Source: Octopus sinensis
Lineage: Eukaryota
DNA length: 64,000 nt
Assembly: GCF_006345805.1 (NCBI RefSeq)
Contig: NC_042998.1
Coordinates: 204,662,001-204,726,000, forward strand
Direction: 5' to 3'
The notes beneath the pieces were generated by a model. It was not told the DNA's origin and searched no databases. It worked only from the letters and a program-made list of their open reading frames with translations. The position numbers and the translations under genes were made by a program. Shown here one piece after another: positions 37,186-50,376 of the stretch (position 1 is the stretch's first letter; each line of letters opens with the position of its first letter).

Positions 37186-40100
37186 GTAAGTTCACTTCTT
37201 TCCCTCCCTCTTCCTCCATCCTCTCCTCCCTCTCACCATCGCTACATGTAAAAAGTGTCACAGTCTACCTAAATTCATTGATATTGTCAATCACTTCCGT
37301 TTTTCTTGCCCATCAAAGAATAAGCAATTTTCTTTTACCATTCATTAGTCAGGTATCATCCCCATTATTCATTAGTCACACCCCAACAAAACCACCTCAC
37401 CCCCTGCCCATATTTAATATTGGAGAATAACATTTCCAGCAATCTCTTTTTCTCACAAAAGAATCGTATGAACATTCTCTAGATTTCTTCCACCACCAAA
37501 CTCTCTTTTATATTCTTCAATCCTGAGAATATTTTTAGAAACTAAATCCATTCTTCATCATCTCAGATAATGCCATTATTCTTCCTCTCTTCTTTCTACA
37601 AGAGCTTTTCAGCTCAACTTTTTTTTATCTTATTTATCATTTTTTTTTTAAATATTTCTTTTTCTCTTCATTGAATCCGAATAGATTAAGGAACCAGTGA
37701 CCTGTTTATTGTGTGAGAAATCTAAAAATGTGATATTTTGGAATCGTTGTTGTGCTTCAGACATAATTCCTTGTCTTGGCTTCAAAAACTAAAATGGCTT
37801 TTATTTATTTCTATTTTTAGGCAGTGTATTATTATTATGAAGATTTGAAGGACATTTGGTTGTTATTTCTTGCAGGTTGTGAGACTACAGATTAAAAAAG
37901 GAAGTTGAAGAATTAGGAGGGGGTGGGAAGAAATTCTATGTTAATGAGAAAGCCTCTAAATGGTCACTTCATCTGCTAGAAATAGCAGACAAATAACATA
38001 ACTACCCTAAGAAAATTAGATTCGGCATAGCCGTGTGCTTAAGTTGTTTGCTTCCCAGCCACATGGTTTTGGGTTCAATCTCACTGTGTGACATCTTGGG
38101 CAAATGTCTTTTACTACAGCCCTGGGCCAACCAAAAGCCTTGTGAAACTGGAACATGCCCATCCTGTGTGTTAGTGTCTTGTTGACCTTGACATTGTGTG
38201 GTAGATGTAAATGAATGTCACCATCCTATAAGTGGGTCATTTTGGTTTCTAGTCTTCTGTAAAGACATGGAGAAATATTAGTTTGCTTTGAAACAGACGA
38301 GGATTGATGACAGGAAGAGCATCCAGCTGTAGAAGAGCTGTTTCAACAAATTCCATCTGACCCATGCAAACATGGTAAAAAGAAAGAAAAACCTGCTGGA
38401 ATATCTGGATCATAGAGCTGCCCTGTCGTAGTTGACCTAGGGTTAAACAGCAACTTGCATTTGTTATTTTGTTTCTTTTATGCCTTTCTGTTTTATACTG
38501 GCAGCACATTCAAAGTGCCCATTCTGGGGCCACATGGAAAGCACCCCAGTCTGCTCTGTAAAGGGGTTAATGTGTTAGGAAGGGCATCCAGACAACTAGA
38601 GACAAAAACAGACAATTGGAGCTCTCCAGCCTTGCCAGCCCCTGTCAAACCGTCCAACACATGCCAGCATGGAAAATGGCCATTAAAGGATGATAATGGG
38701 GACATTTCTAAGTTTTGTGTGGAGGAAGTATAAACTAGAAGATGAAGAGAATGAACAGTATTTGAACTTTTGGTAGTGGTGGTCACTGTTGGCTAGCAGA
38801 TTGGTTAAATCAATGAGGATAATGTTTTGTCAGTGAACCTGTATTATTTAATGTTATTTTTGTAATACAGTGTGATTTATTTGACTGCTATTTCTAGCAT
38901 GTCAGCTGACTGCTTAGGGCAGTGGTTTTTAGCCTTTTTGATATCCGGGTCAGATCCAAAACCTGGATTTTTTAGGGGCCCACCAAAAAAGTAAAACACA
39001 AATCAATTAAAGAAAAATTTATATTTATAGAGGGAAGACTGTCAAGGGTCACCAGAAGGTTGCTTGAGGGCTGCATGTGGCCCTGGGAAGTGTAGTTGAG
39101 AGCTGTTGACTTCGAAGCTCCCTCGTTGGCTTGTTATTTCTGCCATAATAGCTTCTGTTTCTTTAGACATATACAGCAGTAAGCCTAGATACACTGCTTA
39201 TATAAGGCAGAATGGTCATGGCTGGAATGCCTTTTACACCATAGGTTTGCTTGTTCACAGCTGACTAAGCCACAACATCCTTCTAAATATTATACCTTTT
39301 CTGTCCAAATCTCAACAATTTATTGTTTTATGGTCTCCTGTATTCGTGTGTATGCCATAGCAATTAAGTCTTTCAAATCCAAACTTTCCATCGAGGTTTC
39401 AATTTCTAGTTTATCCATTCTATTTTACATTTGGTTTCCATGACTTTTAGAAAATGGAAACAAATATTTCACTCCGTATGGTCATATTTTTAACTAGAAG
39501 ATATTCCATTTTGTGTTTAAATTTCTAAAATTCCAGCTCCATAGCAATAGATAAATGCTTACCTGTTGACATTTCATTCAAGATTTCGAATTTAAATTGG
39601 AAACCCTTTAATAGACAAATTCAGATGAGGTGGGGAGCAGTGTGAAAAAGGGGTTAGATTAGATTTCAGACCTATTTGAGCTTGGAATGGTTTGCAATGT
39701 ACCTGAAACTTTGCCTTCAGTGCATGCTTGGTCCAAACACATTCGATTCTCCCGATTCTGAGTTCACTGAAGCATAACTGGACACAGCCGTTTCTTCTTT
39801 TGATTCTTCAAAGTGTAATGCTGACACAGGTTTCCCATTTCTTTACATTTTCATGCCACTCTGCAAAGTCTTTTGTGTTGCAAGGATCGGGTGGCAAATA
39901 ACAAACATGGCAATGCTATGAAATATGGTCTGCTTTCCCGCATTCACGAGGGGTTAGACAAGCAGTCTTTTAGCCCCGTTGAGCAAATCAAATTCCATTT
40001 GTTTCCTTCTTGTTCTCTGGTGGTTAAGGGTATCTTCTATTGAATCCATGATGCATCTGAACCAGGAGTGGGGGGGTCAGTCTTCAGTGGAAGGGGGTGG

Positions 40101-40494
40101 GGCTTCCCATGTCAATTAGATGAGAGTCGTTCTTGAGTTTTTCCATCCAGAGTCTGGCTTCTTCCTAAGATGCTGTCTAGCCCACAATATAAGCTCTCCC
40201 TCAAGGACAAGTATCAAAAATCCAGTCCCCTGATTATTGGCAATGTTTTAGTCCTTGCTGGCCCCTAACCCCTCACATTCTTTCTTCTTTTTATTCCCTT
40301 TTCTTCATTTTCTGTGGCCTCCATTATGAAGAAGGTCTCTAGGAGTTCCTGTCCCTATCTAACTCGCAACACCAAGATTAGGCCTCAATCTGGTCTCCTC
40401 CCACCCGCCCCACTCAAAATAGCTGCCAGTTCTCTCTGAAATCATGTCCTACATCTTTAAAGAAAAGGAAGGATGTATTCAATAATGTAGTTCA

Positions 40495-40830
40495 TCATCA
40501 TCGTTTAACGTCCGTTTTCCATGCTGGCATGGGTTGGCCAGTTCAACCGGGGTCTGGTAAACCATGGAGGCTGCACCAGGCTCCAGTCTGATCTGGCAGT
40601 GTTTCTACAGCTGGATGCCCTTCCTAACCCCAAACCACTCCATGAGTGTAGTGGATGTTTTTTACGTGCCACCGGCACAGGGGCCAGTCAAGGTGGCGCT
40701 GGCATCGACCACGTATGGATGGTGCTTCTTATGTGCCACCGGCACAGAAGCCAGTCAAGGCGGCGCTGGCATCGGCCACATTCGGATGGTGCATTTTACG
40801 TGCCACCGGCACAGGTATCACAACTACAAT
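40495..40830 (-). mobile_element. RTE-tail element with subrepeats
   Basis: catcatcatcgtttaacgtccgttttccatgctggcatgggttgg...tttacgtgccaccggcac. Confidence 0.85.
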
Positions 40831-43119
40831 TAGTTCTTGGTATAAGCAGAAGAGATGGGATGGTCACTGCTGAGTTGGGTTTGGTCTTAGGCTGGCTGGA
40901 CCAAGATTGACTTGGAACTAGACAACAACTGGGACAGTCCACTCATGTCATTGCCTGGTACACCTGGTAATGAGTGATTGAGTGGATTAAAGTTCAAAGT
41001 TTAATTGTTGTTAATGACTTACGAGCTATGGTCAATTGATTGTCTTCAAGAGAGGTCATGGCATTGAGTTGGTGGTCAGCCAATAACTGGCATTTCTTTC
41101 TCTGTCAGAAGTCTTCAGCCTCTGCTTTTTAGTCATTGTACTGTGGCCATGATGGAGCACCACCTTCAACAGACTTACTCATGTTGACCTCTGGCCCTTA
41201 TTTCACTGCGGTCCTTATCTGAACACAAACCTCATGCAATAGGTTCCCCACTTGTAGAACGAATCCCTTTATTCCCATCTAAAGTAACAGCTTCCTAAAC
41301 ATGTTTTCATTTGTCCTTTCATTGGTTAAAATACTTTGCAACATCTGCTAATTAAGTCACCTAGGTAACGAAGCTACTCTTAGGGAATCCTCTGAGCATT
41401 CACAAAGATTCATTTCATAAATACTCTTAATTTAACGAGTACTCTTATTAGAACTAACAACCCCTCCTACACATTTACTACAAACTCTTGTGTTTATCAG
41501 CCGACCTTTGATCCCACTTTATAACTTGTTGTTCACCCCTAATTTCATGTTGGGTTCACCGCATGGAATTGACCAAAACCTTGAAGCTGTTGCCCCAGTA
41601 ACTGAAAGCAATAAAAGAATTGTCTGACACAGGAAGACATCCTTCAAGAATTCCACTTTGACTCTTTAATATTTGAACCAGCCATATTTGGCTAAAAATA
41701 CCCTGACCCTTTTATGTTCAAATTCGCCAGATCTGGTCTCTCACACTGACCCTACAAAGTCATTCTAAAAATAAATCACAACACTGAAATATCAAAGCTA
41801 TAAGATAAAGCATGATTAACTGTAAACAATGAGAATGGATAATGATTGTCTTTGACAAAAGGTTAACGACATCAATAACCTATAGAGATATTTCTACCTC
41901 TCTATCTGTGATTATAACGAAGCTGTTTGTTAATTAGTTACTAGTAACTTTTACTAAAAGAAAGCAAGTATTAAAGTCTACACTTAATTATGACTTAATT
42001 AAGGGTGACACAGAAATGTCTGCAAGTCTTCCTGAATTTCACTGGAAATTCCTGAATGAAGAATCCTCCTTGTTAAATGGTTCATCAATTCTAAAATCTG
42101 CTGAGATTTCTATCAGAAAAATAAACAGTTTTGCAAGAATTTTAAGGAGTTTCCGTCTGCACCCGTTGAGTTGTATGCCACCACTCCACCTCCACACACA
42201 CACACACACACAGAGGAAGTCCCCTAATGAGATAACTTTTGTTGTTTACTGATGACGATCAAAACTAAACAAGAAAATAGGTGAAACTAATTAACATTTA
42301 ATTACTAATTAGGCTTAATTCTTGATTATAATGTCAGAAATCTTTTATATACAGAGAGAGAGAGAAGTAAATGCTTTTATTTTCTCTCTTCTTTTCTCTC
42401 TCATTCTCTCTTTGGAATTTGACTTATTACACCCCCATCCGCATCACTTCCACCCCATCCGCATCACTTCCACCCCACCACCACCCACACCACCACCCAC
42501 ACATATTTTCTCATTGGGTTTTCTTGGTTTCTTTCTGCAGATTCTCTTCTTCATCTAATTTTGTTATCATTTCTGATTTTTAATTAATTTTTCTTTTATT
42601 TCTTTTAACTTTGATATATTTCCTTACGTGGATGTAAATCTGTGTGTGTGTGTGTGTGTGCTTGCATACACACACACACACAAGTGTGAAGTGCTGACAT
42701 TGCTGTTTGGTGTGGAATTTCAATTCCCAGTCGCATTGCTTTGGGTTCTGTTCCACTTCATGTCACCTTGTGTAGGGGGCCTTGCACTTTAACCCCTTAG
42801 TATTCAAACAGCCATATCTGGGGCCCAAGTATTCTCTCTGTTTTATGTCCAAACTGTTATGATCAGGCTTCTCACACCTACCCTACAATCTCGTTCTTGA
42901 AAATCTCAGATATGAGAAAATTGAAATCCAGTGCCGCCTGACTGGCTCCCTTGCCAGTGGCACATAAAAAGCACCCACTACACTCTTTGAAGTGATTGAC
43001 CCTAGAAAGGGCATTCAGCCGTAAAAACCATTCCAAAGGAGACCCTGGAACTTGGTGCAGTCGCCTGACTTGTTGGATGCTGTCAACTCATCCATTTCCT
43101 GAAAGATGAGGATGCATAC

Positions 43120-43805
43120 ATCATCATCATCATCATCGTTTAACGTCCGTTTTCCATGCTAGCATGGGTTGGACGGTTCAACTGGGGTCTGTGAAGCCAG
43201 AAGGCTTCATCAGGTCCAGTCTGATCTGGCAGTGTTTCTACGGCTGGATGCCCTTCCTAACGCCAACCACTCCGCAAGTGTAGTGGGTGCTTTTTACGTG
43301 CCACCCGCACAGGAGCCAGACGGAGCTGGCAAACGGCCACAAACGGATGGTGCTTTTACAAGTATAGATACACATGCAACGTACCTCAATTTAAGTACCT
43401 AATTCAATTGAATCTTATCATCATCGTTTAACATCCGTTTTCCATGCTGGCATGGGTTGGAGGATTTGACTGGGGACTGGCAGGACAAGAGGCCGCAGCA
43501 GGCTCCAATCTGACCTGGCAGTGTTTCTACAGCTGAATACCCTTACTAATGCCAACCACTCCGAGAGTGTAGTGGGTACTTGCCACTGGCATTGGAAATA
43601 AATATATATATATAATCATCTCATCATCATTTACTGTCTGCCTTCCATGCTGACATGGGTTGGATGGTTTGACAGGAGCTGGCCAGGCAGAGAACCACAC
43701 TAGGCTCCAATGGTGTGTTCTGGCATGGTTTCTACAGCAGGATGCCCTTCCTGATGCCAACCACTCTGAGAGTGTAGTGGGTGCTTTTTATGTGGCACCA
43801 GCACT
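43120..43805 (-). mobile_element. Three tandem RTE-tail copies (about 43120-43350, 43418-43590, 43618-43805)
   Basis: Each begins (atc)n gtttaac.tccgttttccatgc and contains gccaaccactc.gagagtgtagtgggt. Confidence 0.85.
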
Positions 43806-45025
43806 TACACACACACATGGTCAATTTTAATGTAAGAAATGTGATGGAATCTTTGTCTGTCTATATCTGTTTGAGGGTGTGTAAGTATGTGTGTGTGTGT
43901 GTATATATATATATATAGTCAATCATCATATACTCTGAATTGTGTTTTGGTTCAGTCTATACATTTATGTTAAATATCAGCATCAGTGTCATTATTTTAC
44001 ATCTTGTTTTCCATGCTGGCATGGGTTAGGTGACACCTCTTTTATACAGCACTTTGCAACTAGCCACAGTCCCTTGTCATCTCCCTTGCAAGGTTTAGTA
44101 GCCTCATGGGGTCAGGTCTTACTCTGTGTGTGTGTGTGTGTGTGTAGTCAAACATTACATATATATATAATACACACACACACACACACAGTTAAACCCT
44201 GTATAATGTTATTGGTTATAGGCTTCCAGTGGATTAATCACTGGTTCATTGCATGACTGACAATGAATGACCGGGGAGTGTCTGCAACTTACAATGAAAG
44301 AAATATCTCATTAGTCAAGCATCTAATTTCTATTCATTAGTCAAGTGGTTACCTTCTATTCATTAGTCAAGTCTTATCCCTGTATTCATTAGTCAAGTAA
44401 TAGCTATCACTACTTTAGTCATGTAATCCCTCTGTTAGTCTTGTTATCTCTTTATTCATTAGTCATGCGCTCCCTCCACCACCACACTATCCTCTACTGT
44501 ATTTGAAGGAGTTTTTCATCATGTCTTCTTATCTGACCAAACTCTGTTTTATTTCCTTTAGAAATGAAATCCAAAATAATTTTCAGAGAACATTTCCATT
44601 CTTTGATGATAACCATAATAAACTCATTGTCTACAGAGCTGTTCAGGTGCTGCTCTGCAGCTGATCAGAATAAGTAACCAAAACTGCAGGAATGGTGCAC
44701 AGAATAATGTGCAGGAAGTGAACAGGGAATAAGTCCACAGGAATAAGAGGGGGGTGGGGCATTAGGCGTAGGGTTCCCAACATCTTACAACTGATGCAGG
44801 TAGTTTGTTCCATGCTTCAGCAATTCTGAGTGTGAAAAGATGTTTCCAAAAGTCATTAGGGCTGTGTTGTATTTTCTTTGATTCTCTAAGCATGTTCATG
44901 AATGTTTGGTTTATGAAATTCAAAAAGATGGCCAAGGTTTTTGCTTAGAAGATGGTGGATAACCTTGTGCCAACTTCTCACCCCAAACGCTACTTACTTC
45001 TTCAATTGCTTCTCTTTGATTGCAG

Positions 45026-45194
45026 TGCTCCCACAGACGACCGTTGTCATCCAGCAACACCCACAGATTTTGCACTTTGGTGAATCCTCCGTACAAACTC
45101 GTTGCCCCAAGTGTAACGCTGACATCATGACAAGTATCCATTATGAAACTGGTAACCTCAGCTGGGTCATTTGCCTCCTCCTCAGTTTCTTTGC
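45026..45194 (+). CDS. LITAF: LITAF domain exon, N-terminal half: first CxxC (CPKC) and start of the hydrophobic segment
   Basis: tctctttgattgcag| acceptor (phase 1), (V)LPQTTVVIQQHPQILHFGESSVQTRCPKCNADIMTSIHYETGNLSWVICLLLSFF, donor GC|gtaagt at 45195 (phase 2). Confidence 0.93.
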
Positions 45195-45329
45195 GTAAGT
45201 CAAAAATTATAAACAAGAATCAATTTCTTTCTTTTCTCTCAAATACTGATCTTCATTTAAAACTGAAGGGGTGGGGAATTCAGCCGGGAAAGCGGACACA
45301 CAAGAGACAGTGTATTACTGGTATATAAA

Positions 45330-45925
45330 GGCGGCAAGCTGGCAGAAACGTTAGCACGCCGGGCAAAATACTTTGCGATATTTTGTCTGCCGCTATGTTC
45401 TGAGTTCAAATTCCGCCAAGGTCGACTTTGCCTTTCATCCTTTCGGGGTCGATTAAATAAGTACCAGTTATGCACTAGGGTCAATATAATCGACTTAATC
45501 CATTTGTCTGTCCTTGTTTGTCTCTTCTGTGTTTAGCCCCTTGTGGGAAGTAAAGAAATAGGTATATAGGCAGAGGCATGGCTGTGTAGGGAGAAGCTTG
45601 GCTTCCCAACCACATGGCTCCAGGTTCAGTCCCACTGTGTAGCTCCTTGGACAAGTGTCTTCTGCTATAACCTTGGGCTGTCCAAAGCCATGGGTGTAGG
45701 TTTGGTTGATGGAAACTGAAAGAAACCTGTTTGTGTGTGAGTTCCACTACTGCTTGACAGCTGGTGTTGGTAGGGTTTATATTTCAGTAACTTAGTGGTT
45801 CATCAAAAAACACCAATAAAATAAGTACCAGGTTTAAAATAAAGTACTGGGGTCAATTCATTCAACTAAAGGTTCAAGGTGGTGCTCCAGCATGGCCACA
45901 GTCTGACTGAAACAAGCAAAAGATA
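45330..45925 (+). mobile_element. Young Meta-like SINE (45330-45561) followed by a tRNA/CORE-like SINE (45568-45925)
   Basis: gcaagctggcagaaacgttagcacgccgggc...gtcgactttgcctttcatcctttcggggtcga; ggcatggctgtgtag...gggtcaattcattcaactaaagg. Confidence 0.85.
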
Positions 45926-46020
45926 GCTGTACCCTAAATAGGGTCCACCTGGAATTCACATTTACTACTGATACGTTGTGAAAAATGTGAGTGAGAAAGA
46001 AAGAGAGAGAGAGAGAGAAT

Positions 46021-46054
<34 letters not shown>

Positions 46055-46327
46055 GTATTCATACATGTTTTCCACTGTATTAACACCTTTGAGAAAGGCT
46101 TGAATATCACAGCATCCTGATTCACTTTTGCCACATCTATCTATAAAAAGTAAAACCTGGATTTATTAACAAACCTTAGCACAGGCATGAACATCACAAC
46201 AGCTACTTCACACCACTTCAACTCAATGCAGTTGATTGTCCAGTGATTGTGTTTGATAAATCTGTTTTCTAAAACCTTTTCTGAAATGTTTTAATGTCTA
46301 GGATTTGCTTCTTGTTAATAAAATTAT

Positions 46328-46840
46328 CATCATCATGTTTAACGTCCGCTTTCCATGCTGGCATGGGTTGGACGATTGACTCGGGGCTGGCAAACCAGAT
46401 GGCTGCACCAGGCCTCAATCTTGATCTGGCAGACTTTCTACAGCTGGATGCCCTTCCTAACGCCAACCACTCTGAGAGTGTAGTGGGTGCTTTTACGTGC
46501 CAGTCAGGTGGTGCTGGCAACGACCTCGCCCGAATCTTTTATACATGCCACCGGCACAGGTGCCAGTAAGATGATGCTGGTAACGATCACGCTCAAATGG
46601 TGTCTTTTACGTGCCACCAGCACGGAGGCCAGATAGCTGCTCTGGCAACGATCACACTCAGATGGTGCTCTTAGCACCCTAATAGCACGGGGCTCGAGTG
46701 CCAGTAAGGCAACGCTGGTAACGATCACGCTCGAATGATGCCTTTTAAGTGTCACTGGCACGGAAGCCGGTTAGCCGCTCTGTCAAAGATCACACTCGTA
46801 TGGTGCTCTTTGCACCCAGCTAGCACAGACGCCAGTCATC
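46328..46840 (-). mobile_element. RTE-tail element with about 60-bp subrepeats
   Basis: catcatcatgtttaacgtccgctttccatgc... repeated acgatcacgctc units. Confidence 0.85.
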
Positions 46841-47016
46841 GATTTTGATTTTGATGACCTCATCTTTTGAGATAAAACTATAATTTTTGATATTCTATGT
46901 GTGGATAGATGCATGGTGCCAGACTGACCGAACCCACCTGATGACGATTAAAGATCAAGCTGATTGACATGCAATGGAGATGCTAAAATAGTCTTCATGT
47001 CTTCATCTGTAAAAGT

Positions 47017-47808
47017 TTAACCCTTTATTCTGTTTCTGTTGAACTTTGCTGCCTTAGTTTCAATTAATTTTGAAAATAATGAAAAATTTAGTAAAATATC
47101 GGGTTGTCCGGAAAGTTCTTGCCGATTTTTAAAGGAAAGAAAAAGGTCAATAAATTCTTGCCATTACATTTTTAATCAACCAAATATGAACCATTTTGTT
47201 GCACAATGCGTCTCCATCTTTCCTTTAACTTGAAAATACCCTCTTCCCAGAATTGAGGGGCTTTCATGGCAAAGAATTCATCAAGGTATCTTTTTACGTC
47301 ATCCAAGGAATTGAAATTTTTACCATTAAGACCATTCTGCAGAGACCTGAATAAATGGAAATCCAAAGGAGCAATATCTGGTGACTATGGAGGGTGGGGT
47401 AACACATCCTAGCCGAGCTGCAGCAATTTTTGTCTGGTTCCCAAAGCATCAACTGCCAAAAATGAAATTTCTTATCTTCCATTTTAAAGGGTTACATAAT
47501 TAACACAGGTTATAGGAACATAAACCTTCTTCCACGAAAAGATAGCTTAAACTGTGCTCTAAATGGAGGTGTAGTCAAATCCTATTTTATGGACTCAACT
47601 ATGTTCTAAGATAAGTCGAAAGGTAAGCTACTATAAATCGGTACAAACTTTCCAGACAACCCAATAATTTTGTCATTCTTAAGCTTGTCTTTGAAACGTA
47701 AATTAATATAAAATTTTAATGAAAGGTTTTAATTAAGATCCCTTTAAAACAGGAAGTTTGTATCAGAAACAATAATGATCTGAGGCAGGTTGGTGTGCAA
47801 AAGGTTAA
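47017..47808. mobile_element. piggyBac-type MITE (family A) interrupted by a mariner element
   Basis: TTAA|cccttt at 47017 and aaagg|TTAA at 47805; the halves align with the 31150 copy and are split at TA. Confidence 0.75.
47099..47664 (-). mobile_element. 566-bp internally deleted mariner with both TIRs and TA target duplication
   Basis: TA|tcgggttgtccggaaagtt ... aaactttccagacaacccaa|TA. Minus strand encodes N-terminal MEDKKFHF joined to VLPHPP*SPDIAPLDFHLFRSLQNGLNGKNFNSLDDVKRYLDEFFAMKAPQFWEEGIFKLKERWRRIVQQNGSY. Confidence 0.9.
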
Positions 47809-47945
47809 TTAAGGCTTCAAACCATTGTAATATTATTAATTAAAACAATTGTAATATTATTAATTAAAACAATAATGATATTTGGTAATTTTTAGATCTC
47901 ATTCTTTATTTTGTTGTTTATTTGTGTTTTTCTTTTCTTTTCCAG

Positions 47946-48054
47946 TTGTATTTGTGGCTGTTGCTTAATTCCATTCTGCATGGATAGTACCAAAGACATT
48001 GTCCACACATGTCCAAACTGTTCTCATTTTATCGGCCGTTATTCACGCCTCTGA
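47946..48054 (+). CDS. LITAF: LITAF domain terminal coding exon: end of hydrophobic segment, HxCxxC and stop
   Basis: ttttcttttctttccag| acceptor (phase 2 matches), (A)CICGCCLIPFCMDSTKDIVHTCPNCSHFIGRYSRL then TGA at 48052-48054. The spliced total is 555 nt = 184 aa + stop. Confidence 0.93.
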
Positions 48055-48063
48055 GATACCACC

Positions 48064-48125
<62 letters not shown>

Positions 48126-48964
48126 ACCAAAAGGAACAAAAGACAAAACCTGAAATTATTTCAAAAACTCAAGTGGTCAGTTAAAACTGACCGATAGGTT
48201 TAAGATATCCTGTGACAAATTACTGGCACTTCTTCTTTCCTCCTCCAGCTCTTCCCATCCAGTTCTTCTTCTTCTTCATGCTGTCGTCTCTCCATATTCA
48301 ATGTCTGCCTTACATAATTTATATAGACTTTCTGTTTATTTTTTATTTGTAACAGCCCCCCCTCTCTCTCTCTCAACAATAGTTGGTGGGTTGGTAACAG
48401 GGAACACTTGCCCTAAAGATCATTCCTACAATTACAAAACTTGACACTAATCCTTAGCCCTATTCACCCAGCTGTTCCCTATGCTGCAGCCTGGGCAACT
48501 TAGCGTTACCCTACTCAAACTAAATTATATACATAAACATTCACACTCTTTAATACAGTAATTAACCTCCAGTATGGAGATGAATATTTCTTAACTTACT
48601 AATGAATCATACAACTAATGATTATGTTATGCAAATGAAGGACTCTGATCCTTTTTCCAGTTACAGTTCACATGGTGAAACTTAGTGTGTGTTTATGTGT
48701 GTAGATAGATAGATAGATAGATTCATAAACAGTATATGTATGTGCATGTATGCATCTATGGTGTATCAGATACATAGATAATGGTATTCCTTTGTATCAT
48801 ATGAAACTATATTGCTAAATTTAACTCCTGTAGATGTACGGTTATGATTGTGTTCCTTCATTACTCTTCTAATCAGGCATAATTTAACATACATCTCCAT
48901 ACATAAATACATGTGTATGTGGTGTGTGTGTATATATATTTATATATATAATTTAATGTACAGA

Positions 48965-49090
48965 GTATAAAGATAAGGGTTGCTAATAGTTTCTTGCTGT
49001 GGAGACATGTTTTGAGGCAGGTTTGAGACACGTACCTTGTGTCTCCAAGCAATCTTCAACAAACTATTAGCAGCTCCTATCTTTATACTG
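48965..49090. mobile_element. Small hairpin MITE (about 125 bp)
   Basis: gtataaagataagggttgctaatagttt ... aaactattagcagctcctatctttatac. Confidence 0.65.
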
Positions 49091-49188
49091 TGACCTCATT
49101 AAATGACCTCTCTCATTGAATGGAATACATTTTTTGGTTGATCTTACTATAACAGAACAGTAAATTATATATATATATATATATATAT

Positions 49189-49398
49189 ATACAAAATTTA
49201 GAGGACTGACCACTAAAAAAATGGACAGCCTATATGCTAGATATAGACTTCAAAATCGCCATTTTCCACGAAGAATTACAAAACTTGACACTAATCCTTA
49301 GCCCTGATCCACATTCTTCATGGAAAATGGCAATTTTGACGTCTATGTTTAGCATATAGGCTGTCCACTTTTAGTGGTCAGTCCTCTAAATTTTGTAT
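49189..49398. mobile_element. 210-bp hairpin MITE in (TA)n (duplicate at 50385-50594)
   Basis: About 88-bp arms (about 7 differences by hand) around the loop ttacaaaacttgacactaatccttagccctgatccac. Confidence 0.9.
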
Positions 49399-50332
49399 GT
49401 AAAAAAATTTTTCATCTTCAGATTTTTTTGAAATATGCTAGGCCACTGGTTTTAATTGATTAATATCAATTTCTACCCTTATTTAATTATATATACATAC
49501 ATACCCATACCAGCATGGGAAACGGTCGTTAAACAATGATGATGATGATATTGTTAGGCAAAGAGATATAATTCCTGTTAGCATGAGTTAGAAATGGTCT
49601 TTTCTAGTTCAGCTAATTTTGCTGCTTGTTGCAAGCCATTTCCATTTCCTTCAGGAGTTTTGCAGAAATCGCAGGATATAAAAAGCAGATCTTGGACTGG
49701 CACAAGACATGTTGGCTAATGCAGCATTTGTACTTCTTCTTTAAGTACACCAACATAACATAGCTTTTGTTTGTATGTCTTTGATGATTCCTGCTAACAG
49801 GGACCACCACCACTAGTTCAGCAGTTCCTGGAATAAGGTTTGCCTGATTATGTTCTTGTGTGCCAATGGATGTACGTAGTTTAGTAGTTGTGACTACCTC
49901 CGTAGAAAAGGAAGGTCTGAGTGATACAGGGGACAGGCAAGTTCACTGGAGTATGAAAGAGTGGCACATGGGTAGAGGGGAATGGCAGAAACGGGTGGAG
50001 GCCTGATCAGTGTGAATATCAGCTTCTGGTGAAAGGTGGTGGAAATGGGAGGGAGGGAGGTAGCAGTGGGGATTATGGGAAGTGTGTGGGTGTGGGGTGC
50101 AAGAGAGATGCACTGTGCCAGGGATAGAGGGGTGGAAACAGTAGGGGACTACCTTGGTAAAATGAGAAGGTATACATGATCGGGGATGAAATGTGCAGTT
50201 CCGTTGTCATAGAATTACCGCAGATGAGAGAATGGTGCCGTAGTGAGGAGAGTGATGGAGGGGTGAGTGTTTGGAAGGGAAGGGATTTGTCAAAGACAGA
50301 TTGGGTGTAGGGGCACATACAAATGACATGCT

Positions 50333-50376
<44 letters not shown>

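Noticed and set aside
38917-39110. hAT-like MITE starting cagtggtttttagcc
   Set aside because: The right end does not form a convincing TIR and no 8-bp TSD was found.
49573-49803. 10-bp inverted repeat cctgttagca/tgctaacagg suggesting a small TIR element
   Set aside because: Too short, with no TSD and no independent copy outside the tandem duplication.
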